Origin: an uncultured Bacteroidota bacterium
GTDB taxonomy: Bacteria > Bacteroidota > Bacteroidia > Bacteroidales > VadinHA17
Length of the DNA: 64,000 bases
NCBI GenBank assembly: GCA_903844815.1
Contig: CAIMVD010000375.1
Location: 8,918-72,917, forward strand
Reading direction: 5' to 3'
Made by a program: the position numbers and the translations under genes. Below are positions 44,621 to 53,245 of this stretch, one piece after another. The stretch's first letter is position 1; each line of letters opens with the position of its first letter. Below the pieces are notes generated by a model. The model had not been told where the DNA came from, did not search any database, and saw only the letters and a program-made list of their open reading frames with translations.

Positions 44621-45820
44621 ATGGAAGAATCAATAAAATTACTGTATATAGGCAGCTCATCCTTAAACAGGGAAATACTGAAAACCAGTTCAGGCATTTC
44701 GATGACTATTGCAGAGAATACCATGGATGCTGTAAATATTCTGATGTCAGCACAAATCATTGGGGCAATAATTTGCGAAGTTTACATCCCGGGGGGCAAT
44801 GGTTTCAGTATGCACGAGTGGCTACGCGAACGCTCCCGTTTCAATTCGATCCCTTTTATACTTGTTTCTGAAGAGTTTAAGGATGATCTGTTCAGAAAAT
44901 CATTTCTGTCCCGGATCGATGACTTTTTCGTAACCCCTTTGCCACCGGCCGGAAATCTTGAAGTAAGATTGAGATTCCTGCGTGATTTCAGGAAGAAGGC
45001 TGAAACGCATTCGTTAAAAGATGTCAGGGATCCTGTTTACCTCATGCCCCTATCAAAACGCATATTCGATGTAGCAGTCTCACTTGGAGCGATACTTGTC
45101 TTATCTCCCATAATGCTGCTGGTTATGCTTGCCATAAGGATGGAATCAAAAGGCAAAGTTTATTATATCTCGAAAAGAGTTGGAAGAAAACCTTTCGACT
45201 TTTACAAGCTGCGTTCTATGCGCACTGGTTCTGACATCGAATTAAATAAACTGGCTAAGGAAAAAAACCAGTACAGCGCATCAAAAAAAGCATCGGAAAT
45301 TGATTTTACCCTTCCCTGCCCTCGTTGCGCCGAATTGCCTGAGAGCGTTAATTGCTCTCCTGTTTTGCACATTGGTGATTACAATATCTGCGACTACTGG
45401 TATAATCATCAGAAGAAGGAAGTTGCAAAGTCAAAGTCGGCTTTCGTAAAGATCTCGAACGATCCCCGGATTACAAGGGTTGGAAAAATCATCAGGAATA
45501 CGAGTATTGATGAACTGCCTCAACTAATAAATGTCCTTAAGGGTGATATGTCGATCGTAGGCAACAGGCCGCTGCCGGTTTATGAGGCAGAACTCCTGAC
45601 TATTGACACAATGTCGAAGAGATTTCTGGCCCCTGCCGGAATAACCGGCCTGTGGCAGGTCGAATTAAGAGGACGGGGAGGAAACATGTCTGAAGAAGAA
45701 CGCAAAAGACTCGATAACGAATATGCCGACCACTTTGCGGGCGACAGTTATTCGTTCTGGTACGACATAAAGCTCATTTTAAGAACAGTACCTGCTCTCT
45801 TTCAAAAAGATTCCGTCTGA
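44621..45820 (+). CDS. Priming phosphoglycosyl transferase (bacterial sugar transferase family) fused to a degenerate receiver-like N-terminal domain
   Basis: 399 aa. C-terminal half: KRIFDVAVSLGAILVLSPIMLLVMLAI (re-entrant helix), YKLRSM, NDPRITRVGKIIRNTSIDELPQLINVLKGDMSIVGNRPLP, GITGLWQV. N-terminal ~125 aa is REC-shaped, but the acidic pair is absent (YIGSSS), the phospho-acceptor is E53 (IICEVYIPGGNG) and the conserved K is T (FFVTPL). Confidence 0.8.
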   Translation: MEESIKLLYIGSSSLNREILKTSSGISMTIAENTMDAVNILMSAQIIGAIICEVYIPGGNGFSMHEWLRERSRFNSIPFILVSEEFKDDLFRKSFLSRIDDFFVTPLPPAGNLEVRLRFLRDFRKKAETHSLKDVRDPVYLMPLSKRIFDVAVSLGAILVLSPIMLLVMLAIRMESKGKVYYISKRVGRKPFDFYKLRSMRTGSDIELNKLAKEKNQYSASKKASEIDFTLPCPRCAELPESVNCSPVLHIGDYNICDYWYNHQKKEVAKSKSAFVKISNDPRITRVGKIIRNTSIDELPQLINVLKGDMSIVGNRPLPVYEAELLTIDTMSKRFLAPAGITGLWQVELRGRGGNMSEEERKRLDNEYADHFAGDSYSFWYDIKLILRTVPALFQKDSV

Positions 45821-45848
45821 TGGTTTTTAAAAGTAAATATGGTTTTAA

Positions 45849-46604
45849 ATGAGATATTTCTTTGCCATTTCCCTGTTAGTCTGCCTGGAAGCCTGCTTCC
45901 CTAAAACGGCATACTCCCAGGAGAATAAAACAACTAATGTTCAGGCAGCCGATACAACATTCTTCCTTCCCCCGCTTGCTGTCCTTATTGACTCTGCCAT
46001 AGAAAACAGTGCAATGTTCAGGTATTACGAACAGGGAGCTCAGGCTAAAAAATACAATCTTTCGAATGAAAAGAGATCCTGGACCAGGAATTTCGGATTA
46101 CAGGCTGACGTGCGTTACGGAACATTCGATAACTTCTCTACCAACACTTCCGAGGGCCAGAGCCCTGCACTTTATGCCACCAGCACCACCCAGGCAAACT
46201 ATGGAATAGGAGCATATGTAAAACTTCCTATCTCCGATTTCCTGGGCCGAAAGAATAAGGTTATGCTCGCTAAAACAGAGGTGGATCAAGCCGAAACTAT
46301 GGCTGAAGTACAGCGCGACCAGATAAGGCAAACGGTAATAAAGCAATACAATGACCTTCTGATGAAACGTACCCTACTGAAGATAAAAGCCCGAAACCTT
46401 GAATCTTCCAGGACAAATTTACTTCTTGCAGATAAGGAATTCAAAAACGGCGTTATCTCACTTGGAACTTATTCCGGGTTGTCAGAGGCTGCCAGCAATT
46501 CTGAAATAAATTTCGAACAGGCTAAAGTCGATTTCAAAACAGCATACATGCTTCTTGAAGAATTGGCAGGGTTCATTTTCAGTTCAACAGAGAGTAACAG
46601 ATAA
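45849..46604 (+). CDS. Half-size TolC/OEP-like outer membrane protein (single repeat)
   Basis: 251 aa. Signal peptide, then one OEP-type unit: LAVLIDSAIENSAMFR..., a beta-hairpin region (GLQADVRYGTF...NYGIGAYVKLPI), long helices, and the typical ending F..G.IS...Y......S.INFEQAKVDFKTAYMLLEELAG. The next gene starts 2 nt after the stop, so there is no room for a second repeat. Confidence 0.5.
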   Translation: MRYFFAISLLVCLEACFPKTAYSQENKTTNVQAADTTFFLPPLAVLIDSAIENSAMFRYYEQGAQAKKYNLSNEKRSWTRNFGLQADVRYGTFDNFSTNTSEGQSPALYATSTTQANYGIGAYVKLPISDFLGRKNKVMLAKTEVDQAETMAEVQRDQIRQTVIKQYNDLLMKRTLLKIKARNLESSRTNLLLADKEFKNGVISLGTYSGLSEAASNSEINFEQAKVDFKTAYMLLEELAGFIFSSTESNR

Positions 46605-46606
46605 GA

Positions 46607-49114
46607 ATGAATATAATAGATTTTATAAGGATGCTTCGCAATAATCTGGTTTTACTGATTATTGTACCACTTATTATTGCCGGAATGGTAGCATATATGA
46701 CAAGGAAGCCGGACCTGAAGTTTTCATCTGAAACTACGCTTTATACCGGCATTGCAACAGGTTCCAGCGTCGATATGCAAAAATCGGTAAATTCCCTCAT
46801 ATCAAATACTGCCTTCGATAATCTGATCAATGTTATAAAGTCGCGTGCCACGCAGCAGGAAGTTGCCATCAGACTTCTTGCACAGCACCTCTTGCTTGAG
46901 AAGCCCTACCGGAGATATATTCTGCCTTCCTCATTCGCGGAATTGAAAAGGATAACACCGCAAAATATAAGAAATCTTGTGGTAAAAGACAGTACCTCAA
47001 GGATAAGTATCTCAGAAAAGACTGAAATTATCCCGGGAAATGCCGCCGATTCTACTCTGGAGAATGAAACCTTTTCCTTCAGGTCCTTCGCAGACTCAAC
47101 CATGCCTGCTTGGCTGCCTCCTGCAATAAATATGGAAGCATACGAACTGACTGTTAAGAACTTAACTGAATACATGCATAGCAGCGACACAAATTTCGTT
47201 TACAAACTTCTTAACTACTCAAATCCTCACTACTCCCTAAAGGCAATATCATCGCTGAAGGTACAAAGGATCGCTTTCAGCGACCTTGTGAAGCTATCCT
47301 ACGAATCAAACGACCCGGGTATTTGTCAGCAGACCCTTGCTTTGTTTACCGATGCCTGCATTGAGAACTACAGGATATTAAAGGAAAACCGATCAGATGT
47401 TGTGATAAAGTATTTTGAGTTCCAGCTGAAGCAGGCTGCTGAACGGCTCGACCACGCAGAAGACAAGCTGCTCAAATTCAACCTCGACAATAACATTATC
47501 AACTATTATGAGCAGAGTAAGGCTATTGCAGGTGTGAAAGAGCAATTGGACCTTGATTATAATAACAAGAAAGTAAGCCTGGCTGGTATTCTGGCAGCCA
47601 TTATCAGGCTCGAGGAAAAACTTAAAAACCAGGAACAGATTCAGCTTAAAAGCTCAACGATTATCGAACTCCGCGATCAGTTGGGTGCATTGAGTTATAG
47701 TATTGCATATGCTGAAAACAGAGATACCATCGGCGAAAAAGGTATAAAGAATCTTGCGGAACTGAAGAACCAGTCTGAAATTATTAAGAAAGAGATCACT
47801 GATGCTGTAGGCGAATTATATAAATTCGGAAATACTACCGACGGTCTGCCCATGAGTTCAGTCCTCAACGATTGGATAAGCAATGTTATTGCTGCTGAAA
47901 ACCTGAAGGCAGGTCTGGTGGTAATGGCCGAAAAAATAAAGGACTTTCAGAAACAATATGGAATTTATGCTCCGGCTGGTGCCAACCTCAAAAGAATAGA
48001 AAGGGAAATATCGGTTTCGGAACAGGAGTATCTTGAACTTCTTCACGAACTGAATCAGGCGAAACTGAAAATGCAGGACAATGAACTCTCGTCAAATATT
48101 AAGACTATTGATCCTCCCTATTACCCGCTCTCGCCCATGCCCAACAATCGCAAACTTCTGATAATGGTTGGAGCTGTCGTGGGGTTCGTTATAGTAATGT
48201 TTGCAGTTCTGTTCCTCGAATACTTTGATGAAACACTTAAAAGTCAGAAAAAAGCCGCGAGAATACTTAAATTACCTTCTCTCGGAATTGTCCCCAAGAT
48301 CCTGTTTGACATCCAGGGCACGAATTTCGTCTTCATTACCAATCGCTTGATTGAGATAATAATACAAAATACAGAACTTATTTTCAAATCAAACAAGGTT
48401 GATAAAGTACCAAAAATCCTGTTGTTCTTCAGCTGCCTCAGAGGTGAAGGAAAATCAGTAGTTATTGGCAACCTGGCTCAAAAGCTGAAGAATCAGGGAA
48501 AGCGAATTCTGGTTCTGAACTACTCACGTGAATCACTCCTTCTGAATGAGAAATCACAAATCGGATACGATGATTCCGCATCTCCTTCAAAGCATGACGA
48601 GACAGTCAGGAAAAAACCAAGGAAGTCAATGGTTCGATTGCTGCTGGGATATCCCGATACCCGGGTTGATAACGATAGTCCCTTCCTTGAAAAACATTCA
48701 AGCTATCTTGGAAGTGAAGAATATATCGTTTACGATGTCAATAAGCAATTTCAATCACTGAAAAGCTATCAGGGAATACTGCAACAAAACGGAAAAGAAC
48801 TAAGTAACAATCCTGATTTTGTTTTAATTGAATTGCCTCCGATTCTTAGCTGTCCCTATCCTGTTTCCCTGCTTTCAGAGGCTGATATTCCGGTAATGGT
48901 TTGCCGCTCAAACAGGAATTGGACCGAAGCTGATCAGCTGGCTCTCGATATTTTTGCAAAATTAACCGATAAAGAAGTGCATTTCATCCTGAACGGTGTA
49001 CAGCTGCAGGTTATTGAATCGGTACTGGGCGACCTGCCGAAAAAAAGAAGCAGGATCCGGCGTCTCATAAAGAAATTATTCCGTTTTCATTTCGCTTCAC
49101 GATACGAAATATAG
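46607..49114 (+). CDS. Polysaccharide co-polymerase (Wzz/GumC-type) with C-terminal P-loop, Wzc-like
   Basis: 835 aa. N-terminal TM + Wzz-like motif (LVLLIIVPLIIAGMVAYMTRKPDLKFSSETTLY), a ~450-aa coiled-coil periplasmic region, a second TM (LLIMVGAVVGFVIVMFAVLFLEYF), and a cytoplasmic domain with P-loop SCLRGEGKSVVIGNLA. Confidence 0.75.
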   Translation: MNIIDFIRMLRNNLVLLIIVPLIIAGMVAYMTRKPDLKFSSETTLYTGIATGSSVDMQKSVNSLISNTAFDNLINVIKSRATQQEVAIRLLAQHLLLEKPYRRYILPSSFAELKRITPQNIRNLVVKDSTSRISISEKTEIIPGNAADSTLENETFSFRSFADSTMPAWLPPAINMEAYELTVKNLTEYMHSSDTNFVYKLLNYSNPHYSLKAISSLKVQRIAFSDLVKLSYESNDPGICQQTLALFTDACIENYRILKENRSDVVIKYFEFQLKQAAERLDHAEDKLLKFNLDNNIINYYEQSKAIAGVKEQLDLDYNNKKVSLAGILAAIIRLEEKLKNQEQIQLKSSTIIELRDQLGALSYSIAYAENRDTIGEKGIKNLAELKNQSEIIKKEITDAVGELYKFGNTTDGLPMSSVLNDWISNVIAAENLKAGLVVMAEKIKDFQKQYGIYAPAGANLKRIEREISVSEQEYLELLHELNQAKLKMQDNELSSNIKTIDPPYYPLSPMPNNRKLLIMVGAVVGFVIVMFAVLFLEYFDETLKSQKKAARILKLPSLGIVPKILFDIQGTNFVFITNRLIEIIIQNTELIFKSNKVDKVPKILLFFSCLRGEGKSVVIGNLAQKLKNQGKRILVLNYSRESLLLNEKSQIGYDDSASPSKHDETVRKKPRKSMVRLLLGYPDTRVDNDSPFLEKHSSYLGSEEYIVYDVNKQFQSLKSYQGILQQNGKELSNNPDFVLIELPPILSCPYPVSLLSEADIPVMVCRSNRNWTEADQLALDIFAKLTDKEVHFILNGVQLQVIESVLGDLPKKRSRIRRLIKKLFRFHFASRYEI

Positions 49115-49150
49115 TCGATATTAGTAAAGAAACAAATAACCTCTGTTTTA

Positions 49151-50647
49151 ATGCTTACCAGGCAAAACCCTTTCGAAGTCGTAACAGGATCCGATAAACT
49201 GACAAGGACAGTTTACCTGCTGCTACTACTTTGCCTGATTGTCATTTCCTCCTGGGTAATCAGCAATCTGGAAATACTTGGAGCATTTGCATTAATAATT
49301 CTGCCCTTTGTATTTATTTATCTCTATTATCTTTTTGTTTACCCGATTATAGGGATCTATACTGCAATGGCACTCGGATTCACCTTGCTGGGACTGGCAA
49401 GGTATGCACCCATACCAATGCTTGCAGTCGTTCTTGACGTCATGCTTATCCTGACCTTTATAGCTCTCTTCTTTAACAGGTTCAGGGAACGAATCGATTT
49501 CAGGCCTGCCGGGCGAGACGTTACCCTGCTTGCAGTTATCTGGGCCTGCTACTTCATATTCGAGTTTTTCAACCCCGAAGTTGTAAGCAAGGGGGCCTGG
49601 TTTGCCGGCAGAGGTGTTGCCCTGTACATGCTCATGCTGGTTCCGTTGACACTCCTTCTGATAGACACAAACAAAAAACTTGACATTTTTTTCCTCATCT
49701 GGGGAAGCTTTTCAATACTGGTCACCCTTAAGGGCTTAATGCAACATTTCTGGGGTGTTGATTCGGCTGAGAGACAATGGCTCAATGAAGGCAATGCAGC
49801 TACCCATATAATTTTTGGAAAACTCAGGGTCTTTTCGTTCCTGAGCGATGCGGGACAGTTCGGTGCGAATCAGGGATTTTCGGCTGTAGTGGCCATAATC
49901 ATTTCATCAGTGCAGAAAAGCCGCCGGATGAAATACTTCTATTATCTCGTGGCCATTTTGGGACTTTACGGAATTATTATTTCGGGTACCAGAGGAGCCA
50001 TTAGTATCCCGTTCGCCGGGCTTGCGGCTTTTTTCGTCCTCAGAAAAGACAAGATGGTGCTTATTAGCGGATTTGTTATGATAGCCCTCTTTTTTGTTTT
50101 CTTCAAGTACACTTTCATCGGACAGGGGATTTCAGAAATAAGGAGGATGCGATCGGCATTTGACCCTGACAATCCATCGCTTCAGGTCAGGCTCGAGAAT
50201 CAAAAAAAACTTAAAACCTACCTGGCTACGCGTCCTTTCGGTGGTGGAATTGCACATGCAGGCGGCAAAGCAAAAAAATTTGCGCCTAAGGCTTTTTTGT
50301 CTAGTGTCCCTCCCGACAGCTGGTATGTAGTGATTTGGGCGGAACAGGGGATTGTAGGTCTGACACTGCATTTGCTGATTCTTTTTTACATTGTCATAAA
50401 AGGCTCATTCCTTGTTATGTTCAGGATAAGTGATCCTATAGTGAAAACGAAGATGTCGGCCCTGGTTGGAGGAATGTTTGGGATAATGGTGGCCTCATAT
50501 GGCAACATGGTTCTGGGGCAAATGCCCACCGGGGTACTTATGTACATGTCGATGGCTCTGATGCTCAGCTCGGATGTATTTGATGCTGATGCTTTAAAGG
50601 AAAAAATGGAACTGTCACCAGTCAGGGAAACTCATATAATTATATGA
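49151..50647 (+). CDS. O-antigen polymerase/ligase family membrane protein (Wzy-like)
   Basis: 498 aa and polytopic (more than 10 hydrophobic segments). Contains the ISGTRGAISIPFAG-type motif of the Wzy_C/O-antigen ligase family, and a periplasmic loop with RPFGGGIAHAGG. Confidence 0.7.
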   Translation: MLTRQNPFEVVTGSDKLTRTVYLLLLLCLIVISSWVISNLEILGAFALIILPFVFIYLYYLFVYPIIGIYTAMALGFTLLGLARYAPIPMLAVVLDVMLILTFIALFFNRFRERIDFRPAGRDVTLLAVIWACYFIFEFFNPEVVSKGAWFAGRGVALYMLMLVPLTLLLIDTNKKLDIFFLIWGSFSILVTLKGLMQHFWGVDSAERQWLNEGNAATHIIFGKLRVFSFLSDAGQFGANQGFSAVVAIIISSVQKSRRMKYFYYLVAILGLYGIIISGTRGAISIPFAGLAAFFVLRKDKMVLISGFVMIALFFVFFKYTFIGQGISEIRRMRSAFDPDNPSLQVRLENQKKLKTYLATRPFGGGIAHAGGKAKKFAPKAFLSSVPPDSWYVVIWAEQGIVGLTLHLLILFYIVIKGSFLVMFRISDPIVKTKMSALVGGMFGIMVASYGNMVLGQMPTGVLMYMSMALMLSSDVFDADALKEKMELSPVRETHIII

Positions 50648-52182
50648 AAATAAATCAGTTGAAGGCAGGAGCCGTATTGTCTTACGCAATTTTGGGACTG
50701 AATAATGTGATAGGGTTGCTTTATACCCCATATATGCTCAGAATGATGGGACAGAGCGAATATGGACTGTATTCTCTTGTTGCCTCGGTTGTGGCATACC
50801 TAACAATTTTGGACTTGGGATTCGGTAATGCAATAATAAGATATACTGCGAAATTCAGGGCAGAGGGAAAAACGGAGGAACAGTATTCCATGTTCGGGAT
50901 GTTCATTGCACTCTACTCAGTGATAGCCCTTGTAGCTTTCGCCGCCGGTATGGCACTGTACATGAACGTTGAAACTATATTTGGCCATACAATGTCGGCT
51001 GACGAACTGGCAAAAGCCCACGTTTTAATGCTGCTGATGGTTTTTAACCTGGCATTTACCTTCCCCTTCAGCATTTTTGGCTCAATTATTTCGGCTTATG
51101 AAGATTTCGTTTTCCAAAAGGTGGTACAGATAGTGAGGATCCTACTCAATACCGTCATAATGGTAGTGCTCCTTAAACTTGGTTACAGGGCTATCGGGAT
51201 GGTTGTACTGATCACTATATTTAATGTGGTTACCCAATTAATAAACTTCTGGTACTGCAAATACAGGATCAGGATAAAGATTCACTTCAACAAATTCAAC
51301 TGGGGCTTTCTTAAGGAGATATTTATGTATTCTTTCTACATATTCCTGAATGCAATCATTGACCGTATTTACTGGAGTACAGGACAACTTGTACTCGGAG
51401 CATTCGTCAGCACCGTAGCTGTTGCAGTTTTCGCCGTGGCGATCCAGCTTGAGCAGATGTACATGGCCTTTTCCACAGCCATTTCCGGGGTCTTCCTTCC
51501 CAGGGTTACTGCCATGACAACAAACTCCCAGTCCGACAGGGCCATATCCGACCTTTTCATCCGTACCGGCCGGCTGCAGTTCATAGTAATGGCTTTCATA
51601 CTTACCGGCTTCATCGTCTTTGGAAAGCAATTCATAATAATTTGGGCCGGTAAAAATTATTCCGATGTCTACCTGATTGCCCTGCTTTTCTTTATCCCGC
51701 TTACTATTCCATTGATCCAGAATCTTGGAATAACCATTCTTCAGGCACGTAATAAGGTGAAATTCAGGGCACTTCTTTACCTTGGCATAGCCCTGCTGAG
51801 CCTGGGATTACAGCTGCTGCTTGTCAAAAAATACCAGGGCATCGGTTGTGCCATCGCAATCTGCATAGCATTGGTAATAGGACATATAATAATAATGAAC
51901 ATTTACTATTTTAAATATCAGGCGATAAACATTCCTATATTCTGGAAGGAGATCGGGAAGATGTCAGTTACTCCCCTGATACTGGGAAGTGCTGCATATT
52001 TCGCACTGAAATTCATCCCTATTGACAATATCTTAAAACTCGGGGCCGGGGTTATCCTGTTTTCGCTTGTTTATATACCCGTTTTCTGGTTTGCAGGTAT
52101 GAATCAATCGGAACGTGACCTGGTAAATGAGCCTGTCAGACACCTTCTGACTAAATTTAAAAAGAACCCTAACGCAATTTAA
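50644..52182 (+). CDS. Oligosaccharide flippase (Wzx, MOP superfamily)
   Basis: 512 aa and polytopic. The N-terminus has the typical LKAGAVLSYAILGLNNVIGLLYTPYMLRMMGQSEYGLYSLV. ATGA overlap with the upstream gene. Confidence 0.8.
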   Translation: MKINQLKAGAVLSYAILGLNNVIGLLYTPYMLRMMGQSEYGLYSLVASVVAYLTILDLGFGNAIIRYTAKFRAEGKTEEQYSMFGMFIALYSVIALVAFAAGMALYMNVETIFGHTMSADELAKAHVLMLLMVFNLAFTFPFSIFGSIISAYEDFVFQKVVQIVRILLNTVIMVVLLKLGYRAIGMVVLITIFNVVTQLINFWYCKYRIRIKIHFNKFNWGFLKEIFMYSFYIFLNAIIDRIYWSTGQLVLGAFVSTVAVAVFAVAIQLEQMYMAFSTAISGVFLPRVTAMTTNSQSDRAISDLFIRTGRLQFIVMAFILTGFIVFGKQFIIIWAGKNYSDVYLIALLFFIPLTIPLIQNLGITILQARNKVKFRALLYLGIALLSLGLQLLLVKKYQGIGCAIAICIALVIGHIIIMNIYYFKYQAINIPIFWKEIGKMSVTPLILGSAAYFALKFIPIDNILKLGAGVILFSLVYIPVFWFAGMNQSERDLVNEPVRHLLTKFKKNPNAI

Positions 52183-52202
52183 AACGACTAATTACTGAAG
52201 GA

Positions 52203-53198
52203 GTGAAAAGCAAACTAAAAAAACTTATACCAAGGAGAATACTCTTCCTCTATTATCTCCACAGTGCAAAAAAAGCTGTTTTGCCAGATATCAGCAGAAG
52301 GGTTCATGACAAGGTTTACAACGACTCTGAAGCGGAAAAGGTAAAGCGTGACCTGACACTGGCCTATCACATAGTTGAAAAGGGTTTGACAATGCCAGTC
52401 CCGCGCCCCGGTTTCGGTAAAAATGTGGTTTTGGGCCTGGCTGATACAATATTCCGCTATAGGAATCTCAACCTTCCGCATGATGATCTTGAGTTTCGGC
52501 AGTCAGTTTCAGTATTGAGGGAGTACTTGTCATTTCACAAGGACCTTAATTTCAATCTCGACAGCGATGTTTTGGAAAAACTGAATCATGTTATGAAGGG
52601 ATTGGGCCCTATTGAAGGCCAGAGCCAGATCATGTTTACCAGGGAGGAGTATTTCAGGGATAAGCACGAGCCCTTTGATAAATTCTGCATGTCGAGGTAT
52701 TCGGTAAGAAATTATACCGATCAGGAGGTCCCTCTTCAGGTCCTTTACGACTGCATCGACCTTGCACAAAAGTCACCCTCATTTTGCAACAGGCAACCAA
52801 CGCGCGTTCATATTGTCAAATCACCAGGGAAGAAAAACAAGATACTTGAAATACAAAATGGAAACAGGGGATTTGGACATCTTGCCGAAACATTGCTGGT
52901 AATAAGTTCTGTAATCTCTACTACAAAGGATATACATGAGAGGAACGAAAACCACCTTAACGGGGGAATTTTCATAATGTCATTGCTGAATGCTCTCCAT
53001 TTTCACGGGATTGGAGCCTGCTCCCTGAACTGGGGAGTATCGAACGACAAGGACGTTAAGATGCGCGAGATTCTGAATATTCCCGAAAATGAGGTGATAC
53101 TTATGATAATCTCATGCGGTTATATTCCCGAACAGATATCTGTGGCTGCTTCACCAAGGAAGAAAGCACGGGAGATAACCACTGAACACTTGAGTTGA
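52203..53198 (+). CDS. Nitroreductase-family protein with a ~150-aa N-terminal extension
   Basis: 331 aa. The C-terminal ~180 aa read MSRYSVRNYTDQEVPLQVLYDCIDLAQKSPSFCNRQPTRVHIV...GACSLNW, typical of the nitroreductase fold. GTG start at 52203; there is no upstream ATG in frame. Confidence 0.7.
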   Translation: MKSKLKKLIPRRILFLYYLHSAKKAVLPDISRRVHDKVYNDSEAEKVKRDLTLAYHIVEKGLTMPVPRPGFGKNVVLGLADTIFRYRNLNLPHDDLEFRQSVSVLREYLSFHKDLNFNLDSDVLEKLNHVMKGLGPIEGQSQIMFTREEYFRDKHEPFDKFCMSRYSVRNYTDQEVPLQVLYDCIDLAQKSPSFCNRQPTRVHIVKSPGKKNKILEIQNGNRGFGHLAETLLVISSVISTTKDIHERNENHLNGGIFIMSLLNALHFHGIGACSLNWGVSNDKDVKMREILNIPENEVILMIISCGYIPEQISVAASPRKKAREITTEHLS

Positions 53199-53245
53199 TT
53201 TATTTGTTTGGAAATTAAACGCTGACTAAACCCGCGACTGATGTT

